Counted from the whole stretch's first letter, positions 26,001 through 37,199 are shown. The stretch: DNA of 55,402 nt, filler included, from Catajapyx aquilonaris (GCA_000934665.2; 3 parts of 3 records of this genome joined end to end with filler, not necessarily neighbours in it), one strand, 5' to 3'. The notes: generated by a model from the letters alone, not told the origin. Program-made: numbers and translations.

Positions 26001-29000
26001 CTGCTGGGCTGTGTGCTTGCTAATAGTTCCCTGGAGGCTAGTCCTTCCCCTCCATGAGGGAAAGGGTCAAATAAAACCTTTTCTTCCACTTGCCGTGCTT
26101 CTCCCCCTCCCCCCACCCCCGCCCATCCCATCCCATGTTTGTGACCCTCACCACAAAAACCAATAATTCTTCTATTCAAAGTTTATACCAGTTTTTCAGA
26201 TTGTTTCTCCCATTCCTCCTCCTACCCTTTCGTATTCCGAAATTTGGGCCGGACGGGAAATCAGCCCTTTTTCAGAGAATTATTTCGGTTATATTGAGAT
26301 ATATTGGAAATCAAATTAATAACTACAGAAAAATGTTGCATGAAGTCTATAACGACTGTAACGTATCGGTTCCTTCAGGTCTGCAGCTACTTGATTCATT
26401 CATTTGTGATTTCAAACATTTTCTATCTCCCTGTGGCTAATCCGTAACACTCCCCCTGTGACCCTTCCCTCCCCAGCAGGATCCTCTGACCACCCAACCC
26501 TCCCCCGAAAGAGAGGGTCTAAGTAATAAAATAATTTACCCTTTTTACAATCCCCTTTTCAACCCAACCAGACCCTCCCCCAACCATCCACCTCTGCCTG
26601 AGGTCAAACCGACACTAGCGCCATCTAAGCGGATTTTCCGCGAACTGTTTTTGGGTGAATCGGGACCTTAAGTACTTTACTCTTAGGTACTCCTTGGTAC
26701 TCCTTGAATTTTGGTACTCCAGTCTACACTTTACAGTCGAGTGGTTAACCCCTTGAACTGACTTCTGAAAGAAACACGTGGATTCAACTAACCTAACATT
26801 TAAATTGGTCGCATTTATCTACCCTCTGTATAATCACTTGATGACTGCCACTCAAAATATATTGAGAACATGCCTTGATTTTGGATTTTTCTCATATAGA
26901 AGAACAAAAAAGGGGGTAGCCTGAATTTTGCTCTTAGAGGCCATAGTGGCACACGTACTGTGTGAGTTTCAGCTTCAGAACTTTCCAAGTGTTACAACCG
27001 TACCCTGTTACAACCGACCCCGATCTCCCCTACGTCTTAATGAATCCTTTAGGTTTGGGAGGTTGGGATAAGCCACGGCAATATAGAGTAAAATATATGT
27101 ATGTACTAAGGGGCTCAAATTGTTTTGGCCACTTTATCCTGGTCTTGAAGCAACCCTTCACACACACACACACACACCTCCTCACCGTGGGACCTGTGCG
27201 AAGGGTTGCTTCAAGATCAGGATAAAGTGGCCAAAAGTATTTGAACCCGATAGTTCATCGATATACACGCATTAGCAATAGATAGGCTATAAGATTTGGC
27301 CAGTTTAAATAGTTGCATGTAATGATTTTGGTTCGAATGAACACAGTCTGTTGCTATCGTGGTGGCTTCTTTTAGCCATGACAAGGCATCCGGCTAGGGC
27401 CTGAGGAACGTCAGGGAATAATAAGTAACTCATGCCACACATATCGTACACGGATGGCGACAATACCGTTCTGATGATTGCAGAATAAGTATGCAGTTCT
27501 GAGGTGTCCACACGAATTCCTTCTATACTGTATGCTTGTATGGTATAGCATCAGTTGCTTTTGGTGTAAGATATCTGGAATTTCTCAGAAAATAGCTGAG
27601 TTAATATCGTATGTAAAGAACGCAGATGTCTGCCAATCAACAAGTTCTTTCACATTATCTTAACGTCGATCAAGAGTGAGTTATTCACCAAGATATGCCT
27701 GAATTATTGTTGTTGCATTTTTTAAATTTTTTTTGTAAGCAAGTAAATAAATAACATGTTAATAACTAAAACTCAAACAACTGTTCAAATCCTATTATTA
27801 TGTAGGGCGCTTGGCATATCTAAGAACATAATATTATGGGTTAAAGTCATAATTATAAGGTTGAAGGCAGAAGACATGGAAATATCTGATGGCCATATAA
27901 CTGTCCAATGTCCATATAACATTAATATAGTTACATTTTGTCAATCAATGTTATATGGACAGTTATATGGCCATCAGATATTTCCATGTCTGCTCTCTTA
28001 GTTTGATTATATTATCCAATGTATTTAGTCACTCCCTTTGAAACTACCATGCATTTCTGAGGCATGTCATGGCAGTGGAAAGTGGAGTAAGTTAATTGCT
28101 CATGTGAAGCTCGTAGGCGTTTTTTTTACAACGATCAGATGAACCATGACATACAGTACGTCAGGTTTTAAAATCTAATATTGTGTATTTTTCAGATGCC
28201 AGAGTGCTGTGGCGGACTCTGACGTTGGTCCCAGGTTCCCCCCGAGGCAACAACCAACAGTACTACGTCCCGGGCTTCGTGAGACGGACCCACCTCCCCG
28301 TCAGGTCCACCATGGTGAGTTAATATGTGAACATTTTCAAGTGTTGCTGAATATAATTATAGATGTAGGCCTAGTATTAAGATGTTCAAACGTTCAAGTG
28401 TTATACTGGGTGTGAAGATGCTATCCCATTGAAAAATAAAGTCAAATTATGTATGGGTGTAATGTGGCCGTTACAGAGGTAATTCAATGGGGTTCAATTT
28501 GATGGTAGTGTCAAGAGCTTGTTCAGCAATTTTTTGCTTATTGGTAAGCAATTAATTTGGAACATTTGCGCCATACGGTTACCAAAATAATGGCCTGCTA
28601 AAATTAGGTGGAATGAATGCATGCTTTAAAACTAATGCATGGCAATCTAGTTCCGAAAATTATAGAAACCATTGCCATCAGGCAGTATACCAGTGATTCA
28701 CAAGAGGTCATTCGCAATATCTGAATGAACACTTCCATTCAACTTAATGCTACGCATTCCCGCATGGGCAAGCCAGAATATTGTGTGTTCAGGTCGCGAA
28801 TAGATTATTTTAACTCTGCGAATATACTGCATATTTTCAGCCAGGTCAGGAATTCCTATTTCCCCCTTTCCTATTTTCGGATCTTAAATCGTTTATTTTA
28901 ATCTTGTGGCGCTCATGATAATGATTTAATAAGTAAGGCAGTATTAAGGCGGCGCAGTAGTAAAAATACGGTAGGCGAATTTTTTAGGGAACTTTATTTT

Positions 29001-29435
29001 TTTGTGGCGCAATGCGACGTTAATATGGAAAAACACGAACTAGGCGCCCTGCGCAAAGGATTGGCCTTTACAGTGATACCATACCCGACATGATTGCATT
29101 GAAATTGTGAACATACGGCCACAGAAATGTGTCCGATTTTCACACCATTCCGTCCGCCATGTTAATCAAATATACTTTTCGGAGACGCCATTTTCCGCAA
29201 ACTTCAACTTGCTGTAAAGGTCACTTCTAGGCCGAAAATGAAAAAAAAACACACAAACTAGGTGCTCTGCGCCAGATCATGTTCTATTTTTTGGTGCAAT
29301 TTCTGTGTCGATTGAACAATTTTTTCGGCCGTACGGCCACAGAAATGTAGACATGTCGAATCTCCATATGCTGGCTATGCATAAGCAAGTTTGTTTGGGT
29401 CGTCGCCAAGGGTCCGCATTGTTACCTTCTTCTTT

Positions 29436-29477
<42 letters not shown>

Positions 29478-32035
29478 TTCTTCTTCTTCTTCTTCTTCTT
29501 CTTCTTCTTCTTCTTCTTCTTCTTTTGTACTGCACCGCCTTAAAATTGGCTCTACACAGTCGATCCGACTCCGATTCCGACTCCGACTCTCCGACTCGGA
29601 GGCATCGGACACCCTGTTCAGACAGAGGTCTGCTGTTCGATGTCCGATGTCCAATGTTCGATGTTCGAAGGTGGGGGAACACGTTTTTGTGGTGGGGGGG
29701 GGGGGGGNGGGGGGGGGGGGGGCAAAGTTTGTTTACGTGGAGGTGAAGGTTGTGTGTGAAGAAACGAGTTCGACTAAAGACTCCATTAGACATTCAGAGA
29801 GCCGGGATGAGTCGAACAGGGTCGAACAGTGATTCACACAGTCAGTCCGACGTCTTGCCCCGCCCCCTCTCCCGTCTCCGACTTGCCCAGGTGACTTCAG
29901 CTGGCCTCCCTGGCTCCGACGTCGGATCCGACACGGAATGACATTTACACAGAAGGTTCGATGGTCGAAGTCGGTCGAAGTAGGAGTCGGATCGACTGTG
30001 TAGAGCTCACTTAATACTGACTGCTGAAAATGTGCAAAAACCTAGGTACTATCGGTATCGGGTTCAAATACTGAATTGATATGATATTGAAGCAACCCTT
30101 CACACACACAGCGGGATCTATGCGAAGGGTTGCTTCAAGACCAGGATAGAGGGGCCAAAAGTATTTGAACCCGATAGTACATGATGATGATGGATGATCT
30201 CCCCTGAAAAAAAAATGATATAGCCTGTAATCACGTGCGTACACATGAAGAGCACTAGCAAAATAAACTTTCATTGGTCGCATTGCTGCGATAAAAGCTA
30301 AAATCATTATCTACAAGAGTCGACAATATTGTGCATGAATGTTTCATGGCAATAAATTACCACCAATCATTTAGAAATTCAGTATAGGCCTACTCAATAT
30401 TGAAGTTCCTAATTTTAGACAACACACTTATAAGGAGCGGCTCATTGAACTGATTTCAGAAAGGAGACTTTATGCGCAGTACATTGGGAATTGTTTGGGT
30501 AAGACCTATGGTACAGCTTATTAAATAAATTGGTGGAGGTCTTACGTCGTGTTCCTGCCTTATTTCAGTATTTTTATTCCGTCACTGCAGTCTTACTACA
30601 ATTTTTTACTCAAAATAATGTTTATGCTCTTATTACCTATAGATCGGGCCGCGGCCGTAAGCTTCAAACCAGAAGAAGTCTATGATGCAGCATATCAGAG
30701 CTATGATGCGTACTATAGGGCACTTCAGAAAGTCAACCCTAGCGCATATGAGCACATGTTATGGACAATGTTTGAATGCCCGTATGTGAATAAAGATAAG
30801 AGGTACGAAGACTGTCGCAGGGAAGAGGAAGCCAGACTGAATTACAACATGATGAACCTTGAGATGGGAGGACAGAGATTCCCGCAGGGCCGCCAGCATG
30901 ATGTGGTGCGAGCCGGTCCGGAGCAGGCTGAAAGGCCACACGCCTGTAACTACAACTCTGGAAACACCCCCCAACCCAGGTGAGGAGTTGTGTCCGAAAG
31001 TGACATGCTGAAATGAAATTTGGATTTACACGTTAGCGTGGCATACACAGTATTTCATGAGAGAAACCCTCTGTAAGGGGAGCTTTATTATTTTTCGAAT
31101 CGCGACATCAGGTATAAGTCTCACATTTCGATAAACTGACTTCTGAAAGAATCACGTGGATTTAACGAACCTCACATTTGAATTGGTCGCATCTCTTTGT
31201 ATTATTTCAGCTCCCTTCATGGACGACCCCGAGCACCCCCACCTGCTTCCCGTGATGTGGCTGCATCTAGCCACAAGGCAAGAGATATGGTTAAACATAT
31301 GTCTTCAGCCAATCTACAGCAGTACGCAGCCAAAACCGCTTCCACTAGTGATCAAATCAAGAAGAATTTTCAAACGTTGTTGCTCTCGGGAGACAAAAGA
31401 GACGCCCTAGATTTGGCGATTAACAACGGCTTGTGGGGTGAAGCCCATTTCCTTGCCTCTGTAATGGGTTCCACGGCAACTAGGAGGGTATTAAAAATAT
31501 TCTCAGAAGGCCTGGAAAGGAATGACCCTCTACTGGCGCTGGTCAAAGAAAATGCCACAGAACCGACAACATCCCTGGTAAGAAAGGAGTGTGTGTCTTT
31601 CTAGGCCCCTCCCACTCAATAGAATCCGGCAGAATCTATGCACCTCCCCCCCCCCCCCGGCGTTTCCTCCGGATTTTTAATTCTTCGTTAGCCGCATGAG
31701 ACCAAACCTTTCACACTGGCGGCGCGGCGAAGGCTAGTCCCAGCAGCTGTTCACCAGGGACTCGTACCCACACCCGATCATCCTACAATCAAAAATAGTA
31801 GAATACAAGCATTCTGTGCATGAGCTTCTGTTTAGTTCTGACTCAGGGAGAAATCAATAATATTCATTTTAAATCCGTTGAAATGTTAAAATTTCTGTTA
31901 ACGTATATAAATCGCAATGTTCTTCCGTCTTGTTATTTCCAGGAGAGTGTGCAGGGGGTCGAGCACCCAGATCCTCCCGGTTTCTGCCTTGGGGCGGGAC
32001 AGCAAGAGGCAGGAAACAGTGGAGGCCATGGGTAG
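19780..32035 (+). CDS. Sec16-like: Spliced, reduced Sec16-derived gene (paralog or young pseudogene), 5' end not identified; model join(19780..20009,24255..24582,28196..28314,30643..30979,31211..31577,31943..32035), ~490 aa
   Basis: All introns GT-AG; intron phases 1/2/1/2/0 give one open frame; exon 31211-31577 encodes a Sec16 central-conserved-domain segment. Confidence 0.7.
20047..20297. mobile_element. MITE (CAA[T/G]TGAAG termini, possibly P-like) inserted in exon A
   Basis: TIR agagcacaggggaaaaacggggaatgtcaca; second, inverted full copy at 39901-40160; right end lacks a few terminal bases. Confidence 0.85.
22478..22581. mobile_element. Small MITE-like inverted-repeat element
   Basis: gggtggaattttcgtcc / ggacgaaagttccaccc. 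Confidence 0.55.
22603..23345 (-). mobile_element. Internally deleted Tc1/mariner transposon
   Basis: TA-flanked ~120-bp TIRs cagggtgtccctaaatgattgtcaac; N-terminal HTH (SPEQKTFRVLQFAKLGSVVTVQQAFRRQY...RWFQKFQTTG) joined to C-terminal WPPRSPDLTPCDFFLWGYVK; catalytic core missing. Confidence 0.9.
23570..23727. mobile_element. Transib-type non-autonomous terminus
   Basis: ends ...caatccgccacactgtg (reverse complement begins CACAGTG, the Transib/RSS heptamer, followed by an A-tract). Confidence 0.45.
24255..24582 (+). CDS. Sec16-like exon B (RPKDLHLAQCEGYNFHYQAPQRKNPEAYDRML...ENTRQP)
   Basis: ttacctctag| acceptor, AG|GTGAGG donor, open frame; paralogous to 30643-30979. Confidence 0.7.
24760..26755. 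mobile_element. ~2-kb non-autonomous DNA transposon, P-element-like (or hAT)
   Basis: 16-bp perfect TIR caaggggttaaccact / agtggttaaccccttg; 8-bp TSD aactgact (24752-24759 / 26756-26763); empty paralogous site at ~31134-31141. Confidence 0.9.
27105..27254. mobile_element. Short palindromic MITE (family shared with 30048-30179)
   Basis: ttttggccactttatcctggtcttgaagcaaccctt / aagggttgcttcaagatcaggataaagtggccaaaa; ends tttgaacccgatagt. Confidence 0.75.
27872..27991. repeat. Hairpin / MITE-like inverted repeat
   Basis: agacatggaaatatctgatggccatataactgtcca / tggacagttatatggccatcagatatttccatgtct. Confidence 0.8.
28196..28314 (+). CDS. Sec16-like exon A' (CQSAVADSDVGPRFPPRQQPTVLRPGLRETDPPPRQVHH)
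   Basis: tgtatttttcag| acceptor, ATG|GTGAGT donor; phase 2 in, phase 1 out, compatible with both neighbours. Confidence 0.7.
28948..29539. mobile_element. Kolobok-like non-autonomous DNA transposon
   Basis: TTAA|ggcggcgcagta...tactgcaccgcc|TTAA; second copy at 38668-39192. Confidence 0.75.
29437..29523. repeat. Compound (TCA)n(TCT)n microsatellite
   Basis: direct reading; explains the poly-S and poly-E/D spurious ORFs. Confidence 0.95.
29549..30006. mobile_element. MITE with TIRs and internal (ccgact)-type repeats, PIF/Harbinger-like
   Basis: gctctacacagtcgatccgactcc / ggagtcggatcgactgtgtagagc. Confidence 0.75.
30048..30179. mobile_element. Short palindromic MITE (family shared with 27105-27254)
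   Basis: tatcgggttcaaatact...agtatttgaacccgatag|TA; shared ttgaagcaaccctt / aagggttgcttcaa core. Confidence 0.7.
30643..30979 (+). CDS. Sec16-like exon B' (...YDAYYRALQKVNPSAYEHML...GNTPQP)
   Basis: ttacctatag| acceptor, AG|GTGAGG donor, open frame; YYxxLxxxNPxAY resembles a motif I recall from insect Sec16. Confidence 0.75.
31211..31577 (+). CDS. Sec16-like: Sec16-like exon C: part of the Sec16 central conserved (Sec16_C/ACE1) domain
   Basis: FQTLLLSGDKRDALDLAINNGLWGEAHFLASVMG...VLKIFSEGLERNDPL aligns with recalled SEC16A [34 protein letters not shown]...VMTRFANSLPINDPL; attatttcag| acceptor and CTG|GTAAGA donor. Confidence 0.85.
31943..32035 (+). CDS. Sec16-like terminal exon D (in-phase reading stops after 30 aa)
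   Basis: tgttatttccag| acceptor; phase-0 frame ESVQGVEHP...GHG*. Confidence 0.55.
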   Translation, partial: ESVQGVEHPDPPGFCLGAGQQEAGNSGGHG

Positions 32036-32555
32036 GGAATGGAGAGACGGACGTCAGGCAGAGCCGCTGTTTCATTTTGGAGTGAGTCAGGAAAGCGGCG
32101 AGGGAAGGAAGGTGCTGGCTCGGACTCGGGAGACACGGTGGTGATGAGCATGCATATGTATACAGGTCATTTTTGAATTTTGATATGTTTGAAAGTGAGT
32201 ATGGGCAGGGTACACACTGAATGTTGGAGAAAGAACATATAAGGAATACACTGCTTATAAAATACCACATTGGTCGAATTTTACTTCCATCAGTTGGACT
32301 TAACAAGTGAATCTCTGCCAAAAACCCAATAAGGAGCAACTTTTGAAGATACATACCTCAGTTATTGACATAGTTAAAAATTAATCTAGATCTGATTCTT
32401 CAAAGTGGCAAATGTTTTGCAGTTTTTAAATACCCATAACGCGCTTTGAGATAGTGACCAACATGGTGGTCACCATAGGGGAATTCCAGAAGTTGATTTT
32501 CCTAAGTGACAAATAACATTATCAGAGTTGCCATTGTTTATCATTGTTGTTGAGC

Positions 32556-32902
32556 TGGGGAGGTGTGGTGGCCGTGATGGTAACGTCACGGCTTGCTGTG
32601 TGAAAGGTCCCAGGTTCGATCCCCGCCTGGGGAACTTTCCTTTCACCTGCGTCAGGAGGTTCTCTGACCTGCACCAAGGAGGTGTCTGGCAACCTAACCT
32701 CCTGGGGAACAGCACATGACCCGTTTGCAGACGTGCACATTGCACCCATGTTCCCTCCCCAAAAATTCCCTATCCCTTCCCCATGTCCTTTCATCCTTGC
32801 ACCGGAGTGAAGAAGAAAAAAAAATAGAAAATTGAAGCAAATGGTGGTATGCCACCCCCCTAAAAGGGCCCATGGCCCTAGCACGGGGTAACGTAAAAAA
32901 AA
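32556..32902 (+). mobile_element. tRNA-derived SINE, full length
   Basis: A box tggccgtgatgg, B box ggttcgatccc, A-tail; 16-bp TSD atcattgttgttgagc (32540-32555 / 32903-32918). Confidence 0.92.
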
Positions 32903-33883
32903 ATCATTGTTGTTGAGCCTTACCTAGTAATGGCAACAATGGTGATGTCACTTGCCACTTACAAAAAAAATGGCATACTTGCCTTTTCTTCGTCACCTCC
33001 GGTGTTCGGCTCAGCAGTGTGGGGTGTCCGGGGGTGTCACTTCTGGCCGTGTCCTGAGGTACCAGCAACAGATGATGTGGCGAATTTGTTACGATTCAAC
33101 ACTGCGCTGATCCGTCGGTCTGGCAGGGTGAAATTTTTTAGCTCACACTGATTCCTGATCTGACTGTAGGCTACGTATATTCCACGTTGGAAAGAGCAAC
33201 AATGTACCCTTTACCCAAAAGGGAAATATTCTTGAAGGCATCCCACACTGTGCAGCTATCTTGTACACGATTCCGATGTGTCCTGGTCTGGGCTTTTCAC
33301 CCAGGCCCATTTCGCCCAGGAATCTCGCCATGGTACTTTTCTACTGCCATTTAAACTTTTGATCACATAGAGGTGAAACAGCGTTATCTGTAGACTGAGA
33401 TATTTTCCATTAGGCCTGACCCCAAAGGCATTTCTTAACTTTAATTTCAACCCTGTCTTTGCAACTTTGCATACATATTATTGAAGGACACAAGGTGGGT
33501 CACTTTTCCCTCTGTATAAAATAATGTGAATTAGCATCAAATTACTCTCAATTCTAGGTGCTCGAAGCCGAACGTTGTCACCTGGTTTCTGTACGTGTGT
33601 CTTGCTTTGTCCCTGGGAAATGCCACCAGCTGATTGATTGTACGTACGGTACATTACAATCTGTGATGGCCATACGACGTATTTAAGTTGACTGTCCGAC
33701 CATTGCAAGGATATTTTGAGCACTTGGTCTGTTTATTGCTTTCCAGTTCTCCACAAGAAATAAACACTCAAATTAATATTCATATTTCCCTGAACTCCCC
33801 TACCATTTCTCCCATTTAGTTTGTACACAGATGTATTCAGTACACTTTACGCAAGGTAAACACTCCACTTTACAATCTACGTA

Positions 33884-34384
33884 CAGGGTGGGCGAAAAGT
33901 CCCAGGACACCTGGGTTTTTTTGCCTGCAAAACAAATCTGTGCATGGAAAATGTGTCGGATTTGCTGGTGTAACATCTTCTGGACACTGGCGGAACTGTT
34001 TGATGAGGGGAGACATCTGGGGACCCCCAACAACACCCACAATAAATTAACAATGTTAACAGTGCAAGATGGCGGATACGAGCGGGTTCACTGTGGAGGA
34101 GAGACTTGTGGCTACTGTGTGGGTCCACGAGAGGCCTCATACGGGAAAGAACCTAACGGACATCATGCAGGATATCAGGGCTCGTTTTGGTAAGGCGCCA
34201 CTGAGAAGAAGTAACTTGTTCAAGTGGGAGAAAAAAGCATTTAGCAAGGGAAGTGTCTTTCACGCTTCCCCTCTTTCACATTTCACATACTGAATGCTTT
34301 TTTCTCCCACTTGAACAAGTTACTTCTTCTCAGTGGCGCCTTACCAAAACGAGCCCTCAGCCCTGATACTTTTCGCCCACCCTG
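33884..34384 (+). mobile_element. Deleted Tc1/mariner element retaining the N-terminal HTH ORF and an internal inverted duplication
   Basis: TA|cagggtgggcgaaaagt / acttttcgcccaccctg|TA; ORF 34069-34293 MADTSGFTVEERL...RARFGKAPLRRSNLFKWEKKAFSKGSV. Confidence 0.85.
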
Positions 34385-36911
34385 TACAAGTTGTGGCACA
34401 TGTTCATTGACATAACATGAAGAAAACTCAACTCGTTCCGAAACAGGTCCAGTTTTCTGGATGACGCTTACGTGGGATCATTTACTCCAATGCCAATAAT
34501 AATTATAGTCTAAAATGGATCAAAATGGTTCCAACAATCCATAGATCACTTAAATGTCGCTATACTTCACTAGACTTGAACAATATAAAATATTCATAGC
34601 AGGAATTAAAAATATTAAATGCTTCATGCGAACTTGATTCCTGTGTACTGTACTGTACGTACATGTTATGTTGTCAAGGGGCATTAATATATAGGCCTAC
34701 AGCATTTGGATTAGCTTAAGGACAGTGTCATGCAGCATTTATTATTGTACTCTTTATATCCAATTTGGAATATAATCTCCTTATTGACTTGAACTTTAAC
34801 AGGAATGCTTGAACTTCACAGTTCCATTTTCATGCCACTAATTATTTTGTTGTTGCTACTTGGATGAGGTTCTCAAAGGCACTATTATATTGAAAAAAAG
34901 CGGCTGATTATGGTCGATACCTGTACTGTATAAATTCTTTGCTATTTTGTGGACTGTCCAAGTGTTCTCGTCTACATCTTCATTCTCGAGCACAGCTATG
35001 TTTATTGTTTCCTTATTTTTTGGTGTAACCCAATCTCTGTGGACCACTGCTACACCTCCAGCAGCTCCTTTTCATACTCAATTACTTGAAACATCCTGAA
35101 TTAGAAACATGTAATGCTGTATAAATATTCCATATACGGTATTAGTTAAATTACCATTTTTCCAGGACTGATTTTCTATATCGTTATGTTCCATGTAATG
35201 TGTTAGTTGTTGGCTCTTCTTTCAATTACTTTCCCAAATATTTAATTAAACGATCATAAATAGCTCGCTTGTAAAGCCTCGAAATTTTTGATTGACCATT
35301 TACTTTCTAAAAAATATATATCACTAGGCTTCATAGAGCAAGGCCATTGCTAATTGACTTTTCTCTCTCATCCCTTCTTCGAGAAAAAGGTGTAAAATTC
35401 CAGTGAATGATGTAACCAACTCGCATAAAACTGGATAGGAATAGGCGGATAAAATTGGACCTCAGTGGGGCCTGTAAATTTTGTGGATCATGGGCCACAC
35501 GTAAAAGACTAAGTAATGAAAGTGACAATAAACCAACCATTTACCAGAAAAGGAAAGAAGCTCCAACCACTGAAAGAGTGGGCTACTGCTTATGATTCCC
35601 CCAACATTTTCTGCTTGAGCAAATGGTGGTCATTGGAATGTGGCCTAGACCCAAGAGTTCGGATGAACTGGAAGAACCGAAGATCTGCTCAAATTTCCTT
35701 TGCATTGCTCAGCATTAATGAGAAGGTGGAACTGGCTCTTAGTCATCACATGATCACAATGGGACTCAAGGTTCATAATTCTGGGATCATAGTCAAGTAC
35801 TACCATGAAAAATCGACTGTGTCAGAGTTCGGCGACCCGACCATAAAGGCCCCGCGCCAATCTTGGTTCCAAAATGTCGATCCAAAATGTCGATCAAAAA
35901 TCGACTGTAAATACTACAACATTAATTATATAACATAATATATCTTGAGGATATATATAATTATATAATAACATAATTATAATAAAAACAAACAAACAAA
36001 CAAACAACAACAACAATATCACCAAGTTATTACCCAATCAAATCAAACACAACATGTTTCCTTCTTCCAGATCTCATTTATTCATGAAATTAATAAAAAG
36101 CTCAAACAAATAATTCACAATCAGTGGTAAATTAATAAAAGCAAATTTAAGAAAAAGAGAAAAAATGCCAAATCAATCTTGCCAACATGATTTTGTTTCT
36201 TCCGCCACGATGAGTATGGAAAGAAGGAATCTATTTTATCCTGAAGGTGCATCCTGCAACAAAGAGAATAGCATTATAACTCGCTGAGTCACATTACAAT
36301 CAGTTCAACATGGAAACAACTCAAAGTGAACATGCATAATATTATGAACTCCTCCCATACTACTCTTGCTGAAGAAAATGCCCAGTTCTTAGAGCAGTCC
36401 AACAGAATGTGATTCATAAAGCATTTCATGTCAACCATTATTATTGGTTCATTGGTATTTTTGGAGTGCATGAGACCTTTGCTTACATTGACCTGCAATT
36501 TATGGCTCCATGTATACAGCAAGTTCCAATTATTGAGGTGTCCATTTCAGTTTTTTTTTGCACTAAGATATCATTAGTTCCTGTAAAAAATATGAGTTTC
36601 ATACTCATCTTTTTCACAAATACTAGTGCAAAAAAATGATAAAAGGGACCCATTTACACATTATTATATGACACATTACATTAACTTATACACTATGACT
36701 ATACAGGGTGGTCCAACTTTTTTGTCCGAACAGCTATCACGCAGCTATTGACAAATTCGGCCTAAGCTGCTTATGTTGTAGTGCGTTACCTGGCAACCCT
36801 GTCCGGCGGGCCAATTCAAACATCAGCCCATGGATAGCGCTTCCATTGTTGCCACTGTTTACAAATAGAATGAGTGAGTGCGCAGGCAGAAGAGATCCGT
36901 CGCTGGGTCAT

Positions 36912-37011
36912 NNNNNNNNNNNNNNNNNNNNNNNNNNNNNNNNNNNNNNNNNNNNTTAATTAATTAANNNNNNNNNNNNNNNNNNNNNNNNNNNNNNNNN
37001 NNNNNNNNNNN
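36912..37011. other. Assembly gap with artificial TTAATTAATTAA linker
   Basis: same 100-bp structure as 18436-18535. Confidence 0.95.
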
Positions 37012-37199
37012 CCCCCCCCAACTGGATTCCTGGTTACGTCACTGTGCCGCTAGCTACCTGACTGACTGAAGCTGCGATTGCATTTCATACAAATACAAAT
37101 ATTTCATACAAATACAACTACAAATACCTAAATACCTAAACACCTAAAATACAAAATAATACAAATACAAAATTCGAGGTCATCAACAGCCTATGTGTA

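Noticed and set aside
29277..29832. Poly-S, poly-E/D and poly-R ORFs
   Set aside because: Translations of the (TCA)n(TCT)n microsatellite and MITE sequence
32557..32635. tRNA genes (also 8504, 15418, 19309, 43288, 48040)
   Set aside because: A and B boxes continue into SINE bodies, mostly with tails and TSDs; these are SINE heads rather than standalone tRNAs
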